Assembly: GCF_009914755.1 (NCBI RefSeq)
Contig: NC_060932.1
From: the human T2T-CHM13v2.0 reference genome, Homo sapiens
Reading direction: 5' to 3' (one strand)
DNA: 64,000 nt
Below, in pieces: positions 13,626 through 31,175 of the stretch (position 1 is its first letter; each line of letters opens with the position of its first letter). The notes under the pieces are model-generated. The model was not told where the DNA came from. It saw only the letters and a list, made by a program, of their open reading frames with translations, and ran no database searches. Both the position numbers and the translations under genes were made by a program.

Positions 13626-14565
13626 ACAAAAATGTTACTTTTTAAGAAGGATTCAACTACATAATTTTAAGAGAAGACATGTATTTATGGTTCTAAAAGT
13701 AATGTTTGTCAAAAATGTTTTAAATAAAATTAAAAAGAAAAACAAACATTTTCATGAACAGTAATGTTTGTGAAAATTCAAAGGTACAGAAGAGAGTAAG
13801 TAGTCAAAGTTCTTTTTCCTCCTCTCTCATTTCTCACACGTGGGCTCAGTGGGGTGTCCCCCTCCTCAGCCACCAAACTGGCAGGGAGGTTTGGCATCAG
13901 TTTGGCCTGGGGAGTCCTCAGGATGACCCACAAGTCCACACAAATGAAGGCTTGCTTTTCTAACCGGCAGAGTTGGTGAGGAGAGAGCCGAACGCCAGGC
14001 TTTCCAGCTTACCCAAAGTAGAAGCAGCTTGTGCCCTTGGAAGGGAAGAAGCCAGCCTCGTCACCCAACTCCATCCAGTGCCATGATCCCTAAAGGGCCC
14101 TGCACAAACGCTCCTGGGTCCTATCACTGACAAAAACCTCTCACACAGGAAGGGTCTAATCATACACCTTCTTTCATTCAAATGCCTCTTTGTTGGGGTT
14201 CTGGGGAGAGGGGGCATTCAGGCTGCAGGGAGGGATGGTCTCTCTCTGGGTCTCTCTCTGAGGGTCTCAGCCTCCTGCCCCCACAAAGACCCCCCAGGTT
14301 TGGAGGGCCCAAGCAGAGCCGACCACATACACAGCCCTCCTGGTCCTGGGAGAGGTGCATTCTGGAAGGCAGGAAGGAGTCTGTTTCTAAATCCCTTTCT
14401 CAGTGCCATCCTCCATCAAGGTGGTCTCCAGATCTGACACGTGTTCTGCCTTCCCATAAAATCAGGCTCAGGAGATGGTGCTCCTTGGTTCTGGATATAC
14501 CCCTCCCTGCCATCTACCTGCCTGGTAGCCTCTGTGCCTCCCGCCTCCAAGCCTGCCCTGACTTA

Positions 14566-14900
<335 letters not shown>

Positions 14901-15020
14901 CCTCTTCCAAGTTGGACTCAATGTACGTTCCTGGCAGAGGCCCCTCCCCTGGCAGGACACAGCTTTGTTGTCACTCTTGTCCTGGCTGCCAGGGCAGAGA
15001 GCAGGCTGCAAAGTAGAAGT

Positions 15021-15032
15021 GCTTATATAAGC
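15021..15032 (-). promoter_or_regulatory. Candidate PEBP4 TATA box (palindrome GCTTATATAAGC)
   Basis: TATATAAG matches TATAWAAR, sits just upstream of exon 1, and lies in a non-CpG-island promoter context. Confidence 0.55.
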
Positions 15033-16701
15033 TCCTCGGTGCAGCTCCTTGTCCAGTCCCTGCTGTTGGCCTGGGGATGGTCAGCTGGCCAAAGGCCAGC
15101 CTGCTCCTTGGCTGTAAGGCAAGCCCTGGGAAGCTGGTGACCCCAGGCTCAGGGCTAGGAGTTGGGCTGTGCCCCTCAGACCGGCTCTGACTCTCCTGGC
15201 CCCCATTCTTCCACCACCTGTCTCCACAGCCTGTCAGCTTCCCCAAGGTGGAGGTGGTTGGACACAGTGACCTTGTGTAGGAGGGACTGCTGCAGGGGGT
15301 GGGGGCAGGCGCACCCCAGACCGAGGCCAGCTCTGAAGGGCCAGCTCCGAAGGGCCAGCTGAGGACAGAAGGGTGCGTCTGGGTGCACCTTGCAGCTGTG
15401 CTGAACTCAGCACTCTCCCAAAATAATCGTATCTGGAGAAGGAGGTCTGGGGAGCTGCTTGGGGCTCAGAAAGGGGTGGCCTGCCCCAGCGGTGCACTGG
15501 GAGGAAGGGGAGCCGGGGACTGTCGCCTGCATTCCCTTGGGGAACAGTCCTGCCACCAGGTGCATGTGGGACTCTGGTTTGAGCCTGAGTGGGCAGGGAG
15601 AAGAATAAAGGCGGCTTGCCACAGGCTTTCCAATAGCTCTGCTCTCTGCTTCTCAGAGGCGGGGGTGGGAGAGACGTGCCAGCAACTCAGGACTCCTGGC
15701 TTCTGCTCTGAGCTCTCTCTGGATGCTGGGAGGCCACTGTGTCTCCCTAGAATGCACCACTTTTCCTTTTCACAAACAAGTAAAATAATTCCTGTCACCG
15801 TGGTGCCTTGCTAAGGAATATGAGATCATCGCTGTAAAGTACACGCAGCTAGACCTTTAGAGAAACTACTTTCAGCATAGTCTGCTTTCTGGCTCAATTC
15901 CTGCCTCCAGGATCCCAACCTGTAGCAAAAAGCCCCCCTTAGGGGCTACATATTAAACACATTTCTCAATCATTAGGTTCTCTGAAGTACAACCAGGACT
16001 CCCCCTTGCCCCAACCAGAAAACATATTCCCAAGATCTCCCCTAGTGGACAGAGTCTAATAGTAGCCTCCTCACAAGATCATTATGAGAATGAAATCAAC
16101 CAGGTTAAGCCCTCAGTAAGGTGCCTGGCACATAGTAAATGCTCAATAATTTATGAATAGTCTAAGTATTCTCTCACGGATCCATCCATTCATTCATTCC
16201 TTTGCAACCCACTTCACTCATAGGCATTAAGCACCTCCCACGTGCCTGCCCCATGTTGGGCCCTGGGGTATAGGTTGAGCATGCAGCTCACAGGACAGCC
16301 ACAGCCAAGGAGATGCTGCCAGAAGGGCTGCCCAAGACCAAGAAACTCATCTTCCAAATGGCATCCACTAGAGAAGTCTCAACTTTTCTGGGTGTCAACT
16401 CCTTTAGCACAGTGATGGCGGCCTGGAAGAAGGGAGAGCCCACAGTGCAGGTTGCTGCTGTTGAGACCACTTCCAGTGGCGGTTCTTCCTTACTCCACGT
16501 GCCAGGCACTTTTATCTCCGAATCCTCATGCCAATCCTTGGAAATAGGCACTATTATCACCCCATCTTATGGAGGAGGAGACAGCACAGTGACATTAGTT
16601 AAAACCTGATCTTGGTCACCAAGAAGTGGCAGACCTGGAATTTGAACCCCAGGCTCTGGTTGAACCTGTGGAAACTGGGTTGAGTCCATTGAGTCCATGC
16701 T

Positions 16702-16986
16702 TTGTTTTGAGACAGGGTCTCACTCTCATCGCCCAGGCTGGAGTGCAATGGGGTGATGCTGGCTCCTGCAACCTCCGCCTTCTGGGCTTCAAGGGATTCT
16801 CCTGCCACAGCCTCTCAAGTAGCTGGGAGTACAGGCACACCACGGCTCTGGCTAATTTTTGTATTTTTTGTAGAGACGGGGTCTTGCATTGTTGTCCAGG
16901 CTGGTCTCGAACTCCTGGGCTCAAGTAATCCACCTGTGTGCTCCCAAAGTGCTGGGATTACAGGCGTGAGCCACCGCGCCCAGCCC
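16702..16986 (-). mobile_element. Alu inserted in a MIR (MIR ~16490-17010)
   Basis: TSD gagtcca(t/c)gct on both sides; MIR motifs flank it. Confidence 0.85.
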
Positions 16987-17019
16987 AGAGTCCACGCTCT
17001 TAACCACCTGGCTCCACTG

Positions 17020-17520
17020 CACTCTGTAGCTGCTCCATTGCCTCTCACTCACTCCCTCTACATTCCCTTTGCTCTTGGGAGAAGGACCCAGAGTCCTTCA
17101 CGTGGACCACAATACCCTGCGAGATCAGGCTTTTCCTGTCTCTCTAGCTGACTTCCTCTTCCTCTCACATGTTACCTCTGGCGGGTTCCTCAAGCTCCTT
17201 TCTATGCCAGGGCTGTGATAGGCACTGACCCTGCTTCCCACCTTCATTAGGGGGGTAGCTGAAATGTCGTTTCCTAAGAGAAACTTGCTCTTTCCCCTAG
17301 GGTCCATCAGATTCCTGTTATAAACAATTAGAGCACTTTACTGCTTTCTTCATTAATCTCATATAGTTGTAATAAATTATTTTATAGTTATTTGCTTAGT
17401 GATAGTATCTCCTCATCCCCCCAGCCTATAAGCTTCTCGGAGGCAGCACGGAGACTGTCCAGCATTCTGAGCATCTTACATGGAGTATATAGAAGCTTAA
17501 TAAAATTCTTGTTTAAGTGC
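17020..17520 (+). mobile_element. L2 fragment
   Basis: Pyrimidine-rich L2-like text ending agcttaataaaattcttgtttaagtgcatg. Confidence 0.5.
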
Positions 17521-18209
17521 ATGACACACGCCACTTCCGTTTCTGATCATCCTCATTTTCACTTAACAGGTCTTAACTCTGTACAAACATCAGTAGGAAA
17601 CTAATCACTCAGGTTGGCCCTTAGCCCTGGATGCCTTTTGCTTATTTATCTAACCTTCTCTGGCTTGTTTTTGTGCAGAGAGATCTGGCAGAATGCAGTG
17701 GTTCTCGGGATTTTTCAAACCTGATCTTTCTCTTGGGGATTTTCAGGACTTTGATTCATACTTGAAACCTAAGATCTGAAAGCCGTGTTCAAGCTTGCGG
17801 AGTGACAATTCTCCCTCCCCATCACCACCCCGGCTCCTGGAAAGTCCCATTGCTAGATTTCTTGGTGCCCACCCTTGAAGTCCCCCTCTCTTCCTTCAGT
17901 TACCTGGGCTGGGACCACCTCCAGACACCACCATTCAAGCCAAACCTGTGGCTTCCTGAGACACATTGGTCCCTCCAGCTACTGGGATCTGTTGGACCAC
18001 TGCTGCTGAAACTCTTCACTCCCTTCTTATCCCTCCAGGCCTCCTGTGCCTGACACCCTCCAATCACTGCCTAGGCCTCACTTCATTTCTCTACCCAGAC
18101 ACAGACTCTTGTTATTTCTCTCCCTCCTAAACCTTTCCACATAGGCCCTCTGGAATCTCTGAACTGTAGTGAACAAATTCCCCTGAATTCTTTTCATTGA
18201 TTCCTAATT

Positions 18210-18855
<646 letters not shown>

Positions 18856-19079
18856 TGACTACCTTCCCTCTGGTACCTGGGTCTTGCAAACCTTTGTACT
18901 ATTCACTTGCTAACATCTTCAATTTCTTCGCCCTTATCTTCGCATTGCAGCTGTTGGATGCAACTTCAAATTTGGAACAGTCCAGTAATCTGGCTACTCC
19001 GTCATGCAATCCTGCTCCCACTCTACTCTCAGTATCCTGTGCCTTCTACAGAGCCCAGGGTGGGGCCCAGGAGCCATGG

Positions 19080-19422
19080 GGGAAAACACTGTGCTAAGTG
19101 AAAGCAGCCAGTCGCAAAAGAGGACATATTGTATGATTCCATTTATATGAAATGTCCAGAATAGGCAAATACACAGGGACAGAAAGTAGACTAGTGGTTG
19201 CTAAGGCTGGAGGTGGAGGTGGGATAAGACGTGAATGAGAGGTATGGGGATGATAGCTAAAGGGTATGAGGTTTCTTTTAAAGGTGATGAAAATGTTCTG
19301 AAATTGCCTATGTGATGGTTGCACATATCTATACATATACTAAAAACCACTGAATTATACACTTCAAAATTTATGAATTGTGAGATAAGTGGAGCATATA
19401 GCAATAAAGCTGTTTAAAAAAA
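19080..19422 (+). mobile_element. L1MB-type 3' end
   Basis: gctaagtgaaagcagccag...attgtatgattccattta...aataaagctgtttaaaaaa. Confidence 0.8.
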
Positions 19423-19671
19423 GTCATCCTGGGGATGTCAGCAAAATGGATGATTAGGAAGCTCCAAGCTCTTGTTCCCTCATGGAAAGCTAAACACACA
19501 TATACACACACACACACACCCCCAGAGAGACAGAGAATTGGATGAACTAACTTTATAGAAGCTCTGGAAAACAGCCAAAGGTTAGAGCAGCCAAGTAAAT
19601 GCCTAATCAAGGAAAGCCTCCTTAACTGCACCCTGGGTGAGAGAAGGAGACCCTGTCTCAAAAAATTTTTA

Positions 19672-20007
<336 letters not shown>

Positions 20008-20798
20008 TCATTTTCTTTCTACCTTGTTCCACCTCCACTGCCAGCAGTATTGGTCTGGAGGAGATAGTAGCTCAAGCCCCAGCTCTTCCTTAAACTCAAA
20101 GAAGGAGAGCCAGACCCATCATGTGCAATGCTCTAATCTGTCTGGGGTCCACTTGCAGGAGTAGTCTCTGCTTTGCCTAAGGGAAAAGGGGAAGCATTGC
20201 TTATGAAACCAGCAGACCGACTACAGACCTTCAGACACTGAAGACAAAGATTACAGTTGAGACATACAACAGACCATCTAAAGCCCCAAGAAGCTCAAGG
20301 AATTTCAAGTAAAATAAACTCAAAGAGACCTACGCTGAGACATATTAGAATCAAACTGTTGGAAGCCAAAGACAAAGAGAGAATTTTGAAAGCAATAAGA
20401 GAGAAGACTCATCATGTATAGGGATCCTCAATAAAATTATCAGCCAATTTATCAGCAGAAACTTTGAAGCCCAGGGGGCATTGGGATGATATAAAGTACT
20501 GAAAGAAGAAAAGTTGTCAATTAAGAATTCTATGTCCAGCAAAAGTATCTTCCAAAATATTAGTAAGAGAGAAATTAAGAAAGTCCCAGATAAACAAAAG
20601 CTTAGGGAGTTGATTACCACCAGCACTGCCCTGCAAGAAATGCTGAAAGTAGATCTTCAGGTTGAAATGAAAAGATGACAGTAAGCTGAAACTAGGTGAA
20701 GAAATATATCAAGATCTTTGTTTGAGGTAAACACACAGCAAATTAAAAAGCCAGTATTGTTGGAATTTTGGTTTGTAATTCCACTTTTAAATACAGGA

Positions 20799-21196
20799 TG
20801 TCTTAGTCCATTTAGTGCTGTTATAAATGAATACCTGAGGCTGGATAATTGATAAAGAGGTTTATTTGGCTCACAATTCTGCTGGCCGGAAGACTGGGCA
20901 TCTGGTAAAAGCCTCAGCCTTTTCCCACTCATTTTAGAAGGGAAAGGGAAGCTGGAGTGTGCAGAAATCACACAGTGAAATAGAAAGCAGGAATGAGAAA
21001 TGGGAGGTGCCAGGCTCTTTTTAACAACCAGTTCTCATGGAACTAATAAAGTGAGAATGCACTCCCCTGGAACTGCATTCTATTCATGAAAGGTCTGCCC
21101 CCAAGATGCAAACACCACCCATTGGGCCCCACCTCCAATATTGGGGATCAAATTTCAACATGAGTTTTGCGGGGCACAAATATCTAAATTATAGCA
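20799..21196 (-). mobile_element. MST-group MaLR solo LTR
   Basis: TG...CA ends; 5-bp TSD cagga at 20794-20798 and 21197-21201. Confidence 0.88.
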
Positions 21197-21530
21197 CAGG
21201 ATTTAAAGACAATGAATAAAATAATTATAAATCTTTGTTAGTGGGTATATAATAATGTAAACTCTAACATCGGTAACACAAAATGGGGGGCACGGAGCTG
21301 TATAAGTAAAATGTTTGTATGCAATTGAAGTTAAGTTAGTATCAATTCAAATTAGATCATTATAACTTTAGGATGTTATATGTAATTCCCATGGTAACCA
21401 CAAAATGTATTTATAGAATATACACAAAAGGAAATGAGAAGTGAATAAAACATGTCACTACAAAAAAAATCAACTAAATGTAAAGAAAGGTAGAAATGGA
21501 GGAAATGAGGAACACAAAAAGCTGAAAAGC

Positions 21531-21675
21531 AGCCAGATGCAGTGGCACATGCCTGTAGTTCCAGCTGCTTGGGAGGCTGAGGTGAGAGGATCACTTGAGC
21601 CTAGGAGTTTGAGGCCAGCCTGGGCCACATAGTGAGACCCCATCTCTTAAGAATGCAAGCAAGCAAGCAAGCAAG
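21531..21675 (+). mobile_element. FLAM Alu monomer with (GCAA)n tail
   Basis: Single Alu arm. Confidence 0.8.
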
Positions 21676-22183
21676 AAGAGCTAAAACATACAGAAAACAA
21701 ATAACAAAATGGCAAAATAAGTCATTGAGTCATTGTCTATCAGTAAATGGATTTAAATTTAAATTTAATTGGGTTCAATGCCTCAGTCAAAAGTTATAAA
21801 CTGGCAGATTAGATTTTTTAAAAATGATTCAATTATATACTGTCCACAATAGACTTGCTTTAGCTCTAAGGACACAAATAGATTGAAAGAGAAAGGATTT
21901 AAAAAGATGTACACAGTAACGAAAAGAGAACAGGGATGGCTATATTAATATCAGACAAAACAGATTTTAAAGTCTAGTTCTACAAGAGAAAAAGAAGGGC
22001 ATTGTATATTGATAAGAATCAATTCATCAAGAAGATATAACAGTTATAAACCTATATGCACCAAACATCAGGGATCCAAAATATATAAGCATACAAGGAT
22101 AGAATTGAAGGGAAAAATAGGTAGCTTAACAACAGTAATTGGAGATTTCAGTACTCCACTTTTAATAGTGAATAGAACAACTA

Positions 22184-22848
<665 letters not shown>

Positions 22849-24756
22849 ATACCAAGATGTATGGGATGCAGTGAAAGCTGTACATGCTGTAAAATAGCTA
22901 TAAAAGCTTACATTGAGAAGTTGTAAATGCTTATATTAAAAAAGAAGGAGGATCTCAAATCAACAACCTAAATTTACACCTTAAGGAGCTAGGGAAAAAA
23001 AAAAAAAAGAACAAGATAACCCAAAGCTAGCAGAAAGAAAGAAATACTAAAGATTGCAACAGACATAAAATAGAGAACAGAAAAACAGAAAATCAACAAA
23101 ACCAAAAGTTGGTTCTTTGAAAAACATCAGTAAAATTGACACTATCAGCCAGATTAATTAAAAAACAGAGAAGACTCAAATTACTAAAATAAGAAATGAA
23201 GTGAGGAGATTACTCTAAAATTTATAAAAATAAAAATATAAATAATATTTTACAGAAATAAAAAGGGTGATAAGAGATTAATATAAACAATGGGTAAGGT
23301 TGTTGGTTATGTAATAAATTTGATAACCCAGATGAAATGGACAAATTCCTGGAAACATAAAACCTACCAAGACTGAATCATAAAGAGATGGAAAGCCTGA
23401 ATAGATCCACAACTAGTAAGAAGATTGAAGCAGTAATCAAAAATGCCCCAGTGAAGAAAAGTTCTGAACCAGATAGTTTTACTGGTGATTTCTACCAAAC
23501 ATTTAAAGAAGAATGAACACTCATCCTTCTCAAACTCTTCCAAAACATTGGAGAGAATACTCCCTGACTCACTCTGTGAAGCCAGCGTTACTATGATACC
23601 AAAGCCAATTTTCTAACCAAAGTTAGAAAAGAAAACCACAAAGCAATATCCCTTAGAAACTCTGATGCAAAAGTCCCCAACAAAATATTAGCATAGATAA
23701 TTCAACAGTACACCGATAGGATTATACAGCATAACCAAGTGAGATTTATTTCTGGAATGCAAGCATGATTCAACATATAAAAACCAATCAACATAATACC
23801 GCCACATTAATAGAATGAAGGAAAAATACTACATGGTCATCTCAATTGATGCAAAAAAAGCATTTGACAAAACTCAACACACTTCCATGATAAAAACAAA
23901 CTAGGAAGGGAAAGAAGCTTCCTCGATATGATAAAGGCCATATACAAAAAGCCCACAGATAACAACATACTCAATGGTGACAGACTTCAAGTTTTCCTCT
24001 AAGATCAGGAACAAAACAAGGATGTATGCATTTGCCACTCTTATTCAACATATATAGAAAGTTCTAGCCAGAGCAATTATGCAAGAAAAGAAATAAAAGG
24101 CATCCAAATTAGAAAGGAAGAAGTACAATTATCTGTTTGCAGATGACAATCTTACATATAGAAAACTCTAATTTTTTAAAAAAGAAAAACTGTTAGAGCT
24201 AATAAGCAAATTCAGTAAAGTTGTAATTTACAAAATCAACAAACAAAAATCAAATGCATTTCTTTGCTCTAAAAACGAAGAATTCAAATAGGAAATTAGG
24301 AAAACAACTCTGTTTATGATTACATAAAGCAGAATAAACTAGGAATAAACTTAACCAAGGAGGTGAAAGACTTGCACACTGAAACTACAAAATTTTGCTA
24401 AAATAAATTAAAGAAGAGATAAATGTAAAGACATTCAATGCTCATGGAGTGGAAGACTTAATATTGTTAAAATGACAAAGTTACTCAAAGTGACCTACAG
24501 ATTAATTGCAACTCCTATGAAAATGTCAATTTTTTTTTTACAGAAATAGAAAAACCCATCCTAAAATTTATATATAATCTTGTGGGACCCCAAATAGTCA
24601 AAACAGTCTTGAAAAGAAAACATAGTTGAAGGACTCGTACTTTCTGATTACAAAACTTACTACAAAGCTACAGTAATCCAAATAGTTTGGTACTGGCATA
24701 AAGACAGATAAATAGGCCAACGGAATAGACTAGAGAGCCCAGAAATAAACCCTCAT

Positions 24757-24796
24757 ATGTGTGTATGTGTATGTATGTGTGTGTGTGTGTGTGTGT
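24757..24796. repeat. (TG)n microsatellite
   Basis: tgtgtgtatgtgtatgtatgtgtgtgtg... Confidence 0.9.
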
Positions 24797-26119
24797 TCAA
24801 ATGATTTTCAGCAAGGGTGCTGAAAATGATTCTGGGACAAGTGGATAGCCACATGCAAAAGAATGAAGGTGGATCCTTGCTTTACACCAGATATAAAAAT
24901 TAACTCAAAATGGATCAAGATCTAAATGTAAGAGCTGAAACCACAAAACTCTTAGAATAAAACACAGGGGAAAATCTTCATGACATTGGATTTGGCATTG
25001 ATTTACATAGGACACCAAAAGCGGAGGCAGCAAAAGTAGACTGACAAATTGAACTCCATGAAAATGGAAAACTTTTGGGCATCAAAGGACACTATCAAGA
25101 CAGTGAAGAGACAACCTGCAGAATGAGAGAAAAAAAAAATCCCAGGAACTGGTGTTCTCTAGAACCCCCTTCGACAACACTGGCCACTCCGTCCTCTTCA
25201 CTGTGTAGACCTCTTGTTCAGCCTGTGTGGACTACTCTCTGTCTTCCCAATCAGCTGTGCTCTCTCCCACCTCTAGGCCTTTTTGCACAAACCATTTTGT
25301 CTGTAACGGACACCTTTGTCTCCTGCCCCATGACCCACCTGGCTTACTTTTGCTCACCTTCATGTGCTATTTAAACATCACTTCCTTTAGGGTACCTTCC
25401 TGGGTATCTTGTCATATCTGCAGACAGCATCTGCAGTACTTCCACCAGGACAGTATAATAGTATCTGGCCATTTTTGTTTATTTACTTGTATTTCTCTGT
25501 CACTAGGCTGTTACCTTCATGGAGGAGGGACCCCATGTAGCCTAAGAATTGCTGTGTCTGCCACCAGTACAGTGCCTGGGACCAGCAGGTGCTCCATTAC
25601 CCCTCGGGGATTGGGAAAGGGAGAAAATCAGAGAGGGAGGGGTGGATATTGAATTCCTAAAGGTCACACTTCCCCCCCATTATAGATGTGGGTCTCACTG
25701 AAGCTCCAGGAGCAGAGCTGCTCCTCCCACCTCCCATTCATTGATTTCTGCCTTCTGCTCTAGTTTTCTGTGCACATACTTCATTCTGTGAGGGCCCCAT
25801 TTGTCTCTGCATTCCCCACAGCACTATGAACATAGCAGATGCTTAATAAATCGTTACATAAATAAGCACGCACATATAAAAACCGTATGCTGTAAAGGAA
25901 CTATTCTGACCTTTGGTTGTCCTACTTAGAGACAGAGAAAGAATTCCAAAGTCACCCAACATGCACTTGGGCCATCTTTTGTTATCAACTCTTTGTTGCT
26001 TTTTATGTACCTTTCATTTCAGATGACCAATTTGAAAATTGTCTTGAAATGTAAAAGTATAAAAATATAATTTCTTTTGTTTTTTTCTCAGGGAGTGGGG
26101 CTTACTTCTAAATGAACAA

Positions 26120-26580
26120 TAAGAATTACATCAAACTTCCCATCAGAAACCAGGCAAGCAACAAGAGAATGGAGTGAAATATTTTAAAAAGTGTTAAAAC
26201 TTCCATCAACCTAGAATCTGTATCCAGGGGAATTTTTCTTCAAAGGTGGAGAGGATATGAAGACAAAGAAAAACTGAGAGAAGATTTTGCCCTTACACCT
26301 GCCTTGCATGAAATGTTAAAAGAAGCCCTTCAATGAAAAGGAAAATGAAATCTTGGCTCTACATAAAGGAAGAACAATGAAGATGGACTAAATGGAAGTA
26401 AAGGAAAATATTTTACCTTTATTATTCTTGATTGGCCTTATAGATAACTGTTTGTTTAAAATAGTTAAGAACAAGAATGTCTCAAGTGATTATGGCTTAT
26501 TGTTAAGTTCATGAATGCTAGCAATGTCTAAGAAATGGGAGGAAGGAATGAGGAATGCTCTGTTACAGGGTATCTGCACT
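26120..26580 (+). mobile_element. Old L1M fragment
   Basis: caacctagaatctgtatccaggg...aaaactgagagaa...gaaatgttaaaagaag resembles the 3' part of ORF1. Confidence 0.6.
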
Positions 26581-27420
26581 TGCTGTTGTTTTAAGAGATG
26601 TTCGCTTTCCTTCTACCAAGCAGAAGGCAGAGGAATTCATGGTGGCAATGATGGGGCTGGCAAAGAGAGCTCCAGGGCTGGATTTTCCCAACAATTTTAT
26701 TACCCAGGAGTCAGGAGAGTGTCTGTGAGATAAACCCAGCTCTGACCCCTTCCCTCACCCCTCCATTTATCCAAAGGTCCTGCTAGACCTCGGGCCAGAG
26801 GCTGGGGGCCAGGACCTTCCCACTCCAGGGACACAAATTCTTCTTTTAGGTAGCCCCAGCTTGTTGGTCTCAGCAATCAACAGTTGACTTAATAAGCCCA
26901 TTTCATTAACAGATGCACATTGCATCTATTAATGAATCACTTCACCCATGGAATGGCAGGCTCCAGAGGGGCTATGAAATGGTGGTGCCTCAGGCAATCA
27001 CCTGCCGTCATGTCACCCTTGAAAGGTTGAACATTTTGTCCATCTGGTGGAGGTAAGAATTGAACTTAAAGCCTAGTGAAGCTATGTATTTACCTTGCCC
27101 CTCTTTGCAGGGACAGAGTCAATCTCTGGTTCCCCCTATATTTCTCAGGATGGGAGGAAATGGGGATCCTTCTTCCTATATCATGGAAGGGAGAATGAGG
27201 ACCTCACAAAGGAAAGAAACTCACTACATCTGTCAGAAGTAAGGCCTGCCTGAAATCAGTGAGGCTCATCGCAGCCCAAAATTCAGGCAGTGAGAAATTC
27301 ACCAAAGTGGCCTTTCTGAGGAGAATTAGAGAAATGTTTGAGGCTCATAGATAGGCACCTAGAAACGCCATGAAGAAAGTCACAAATAATGCCTCAAATG
27401 ATGTGCTCAAATCACGCTAG

Positions 27421-27759
<339 letters not shown>

Positions 27760-28464
27760 TTTACCACGAATTTCTAATAGCTCCCTAGGCCAAGGTGTTT
27801 TTTCTCTCCTCTGTCTCCTCTCTCGTAGCAAATTCCTACCGCACACAAACAGGGAAGAAGAGCCCTTGTCACTTGTCCAGAACAGTGTGGGAGCTGTTGG
27901 GTGCTGGCTGTGGGAAGGTACACACCTTGACAGGTTTCTGGCCTGGAGAACGAGGGGAGAAAGTTCCCTCCAGGGTGCCCCTCAGTTTGGGCCCTTAAGG
28001 TAATCAGAGCCAGCGGATGTTGAGAGTTTGAGAGGTTCAGTAAGGTTCCTAGAGCCACAGGACAGGAGGGAGCTGTTGGTGGTTGGGGAGACAGTTGGAG
28101 AAAGTTCCAGGGGAGTTCCAGGGAGGAGCCGATATGTAGGGCAGGAGAGAATAGGAAAAAAAAGAATGGGTGGGTTTGCCAGCATTCCTCCTTCCAAGGA
28201 TTCTAAGGAAAAGAGTGGAAACTGCGGAGACAATTCTCTTACCGTTTCTCCTTTCAAGATGCACAGAGAGTCAGGCAGAAGGGACACTAGAGTGCAGGAA
28301 AAGAAGGCCGCAGAGACAGGTGCAGAAGGTTGGAGGGAGGAACCACTGAGACCAGCGTCCGTGGAAAGATGTCCAACGTTTGACCACGGAGAGCAACAGG
28401 CCCTCAGCCACAGACAGGAGAGATCGGGATTGACAACTATCTTCAGAGCTCCCAGTCTGCGGGC

Positions 28465-28769
<305 letters not shown>

Positions 28770-29054
28770 ATCACGGGGATTTAGAATCATCCCCTTCCCC
28801 AACAAGTGTGGCCTGGAGCCTGCAGAATAATGGAGACCACCACCACCTGGCTCAGACCCAGGTCTTCCAGGCTGGCTCACACTTGGGTAAGGTTCTGCCA
28901 ATCAGGTAACTAAGCCCAGGGCAAGTACGTGGTTTTCAGGTCCTGGGTTTCCTGCTGTGTTTTAAATGACCACACCTGGAACCATCTCCTTACTTTCTTT
29001 CTAGAGAATTCCTCCCAGGAAAATCAACAAATCAATGAGAAGTCAAACACTTAC

Positions 29055-29220
29055 CCAGTAGTTTTGCACAGTAGAGCACCTGAGGAATTCGTGAAAAACA
29101 CCAATGCCTGGCCCCACCCCAGGTGAATTAGACCAGAATTTCGGAGGGTGAAGCCTAGACATGGAGGGTTTCAAATGCTTCCCAGGTGACTCGCATATGC
29201 AGCCAGGCTGGGGAGTCCTT
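29055..29220. mobile_element. MER5A-like hAT MITE
   Basis: gcacctgagg...atgcctggccccaccccag...cccaggtgactc. Confidence 0.65.
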
Positions 29221-29345
29221 GTATTCAATCTAGATAAATAGCAGGCATGCGGCAGGTGCTGAAGGTGCAAAGATGAACAAGGTGAGGATCCCGCTCTTGA
29301 TAAACTCACAGCTTAGAAGGGAGATGAGCATCCAAACAAACAAAC

Positions 29346-30016
<671 letters not shown>

Positions 30017-30074
30017 TCAGTCATAGAAGCACTCCCAGATTAAAGAGGAGGGTGCGTTAATCATGTTTTTAAAA

Positions 30075-30675
<601 letters not shown>

Positions 30676-31175
30676 ATGTTTTTAATTTTCTGTATTTTAT
30701 GATGGTTTGACATCTTGAGGGCCCTGCTGGCCTGGAAGAGACTGTCTCTCCCAGGGCTAGCTAATTCCTAAGATAGTAAATAACTTGCCTGTGAACTTGC
30801 CTTTCATGTGCACATCAGCCAATTCATTCCCCAACCCCCAACCACCTCCTTTATCTACTGTCACACCGAGCCAGTATTACCCCTGCCCTAAATCACCCCA
30901 GACCAACATCATACAAACCAGCCAATCCTCAACCAGCTCAGCCACCCAACCTGCCCCTTCCTTCTTTCCTTCCCATAGGAAACACAATCAGGGCTCTACT
31001 TTGTCCCGGCTCCTCCTGCCTCCTGACCTACCAGCTGCTTCCCCATGTGGCCCTGCATGATATGGTATGCCCCTTCTCTTGGAGACTATAGATAATAAAT
31101 ACTTTCAGTGACATTGGCCTCTTCGTGTTGTCACTTGGTAACCTCTGTCAGTTAAAATCCCACCAATACAATCAA
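30676..31175 (+). mobile_element. ERVL-type LTR (MER74/MER76-like)
   Basis: tttgacatcttg...gagactgtctctcccagggctagctaattccta. Confidence 0.55.
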
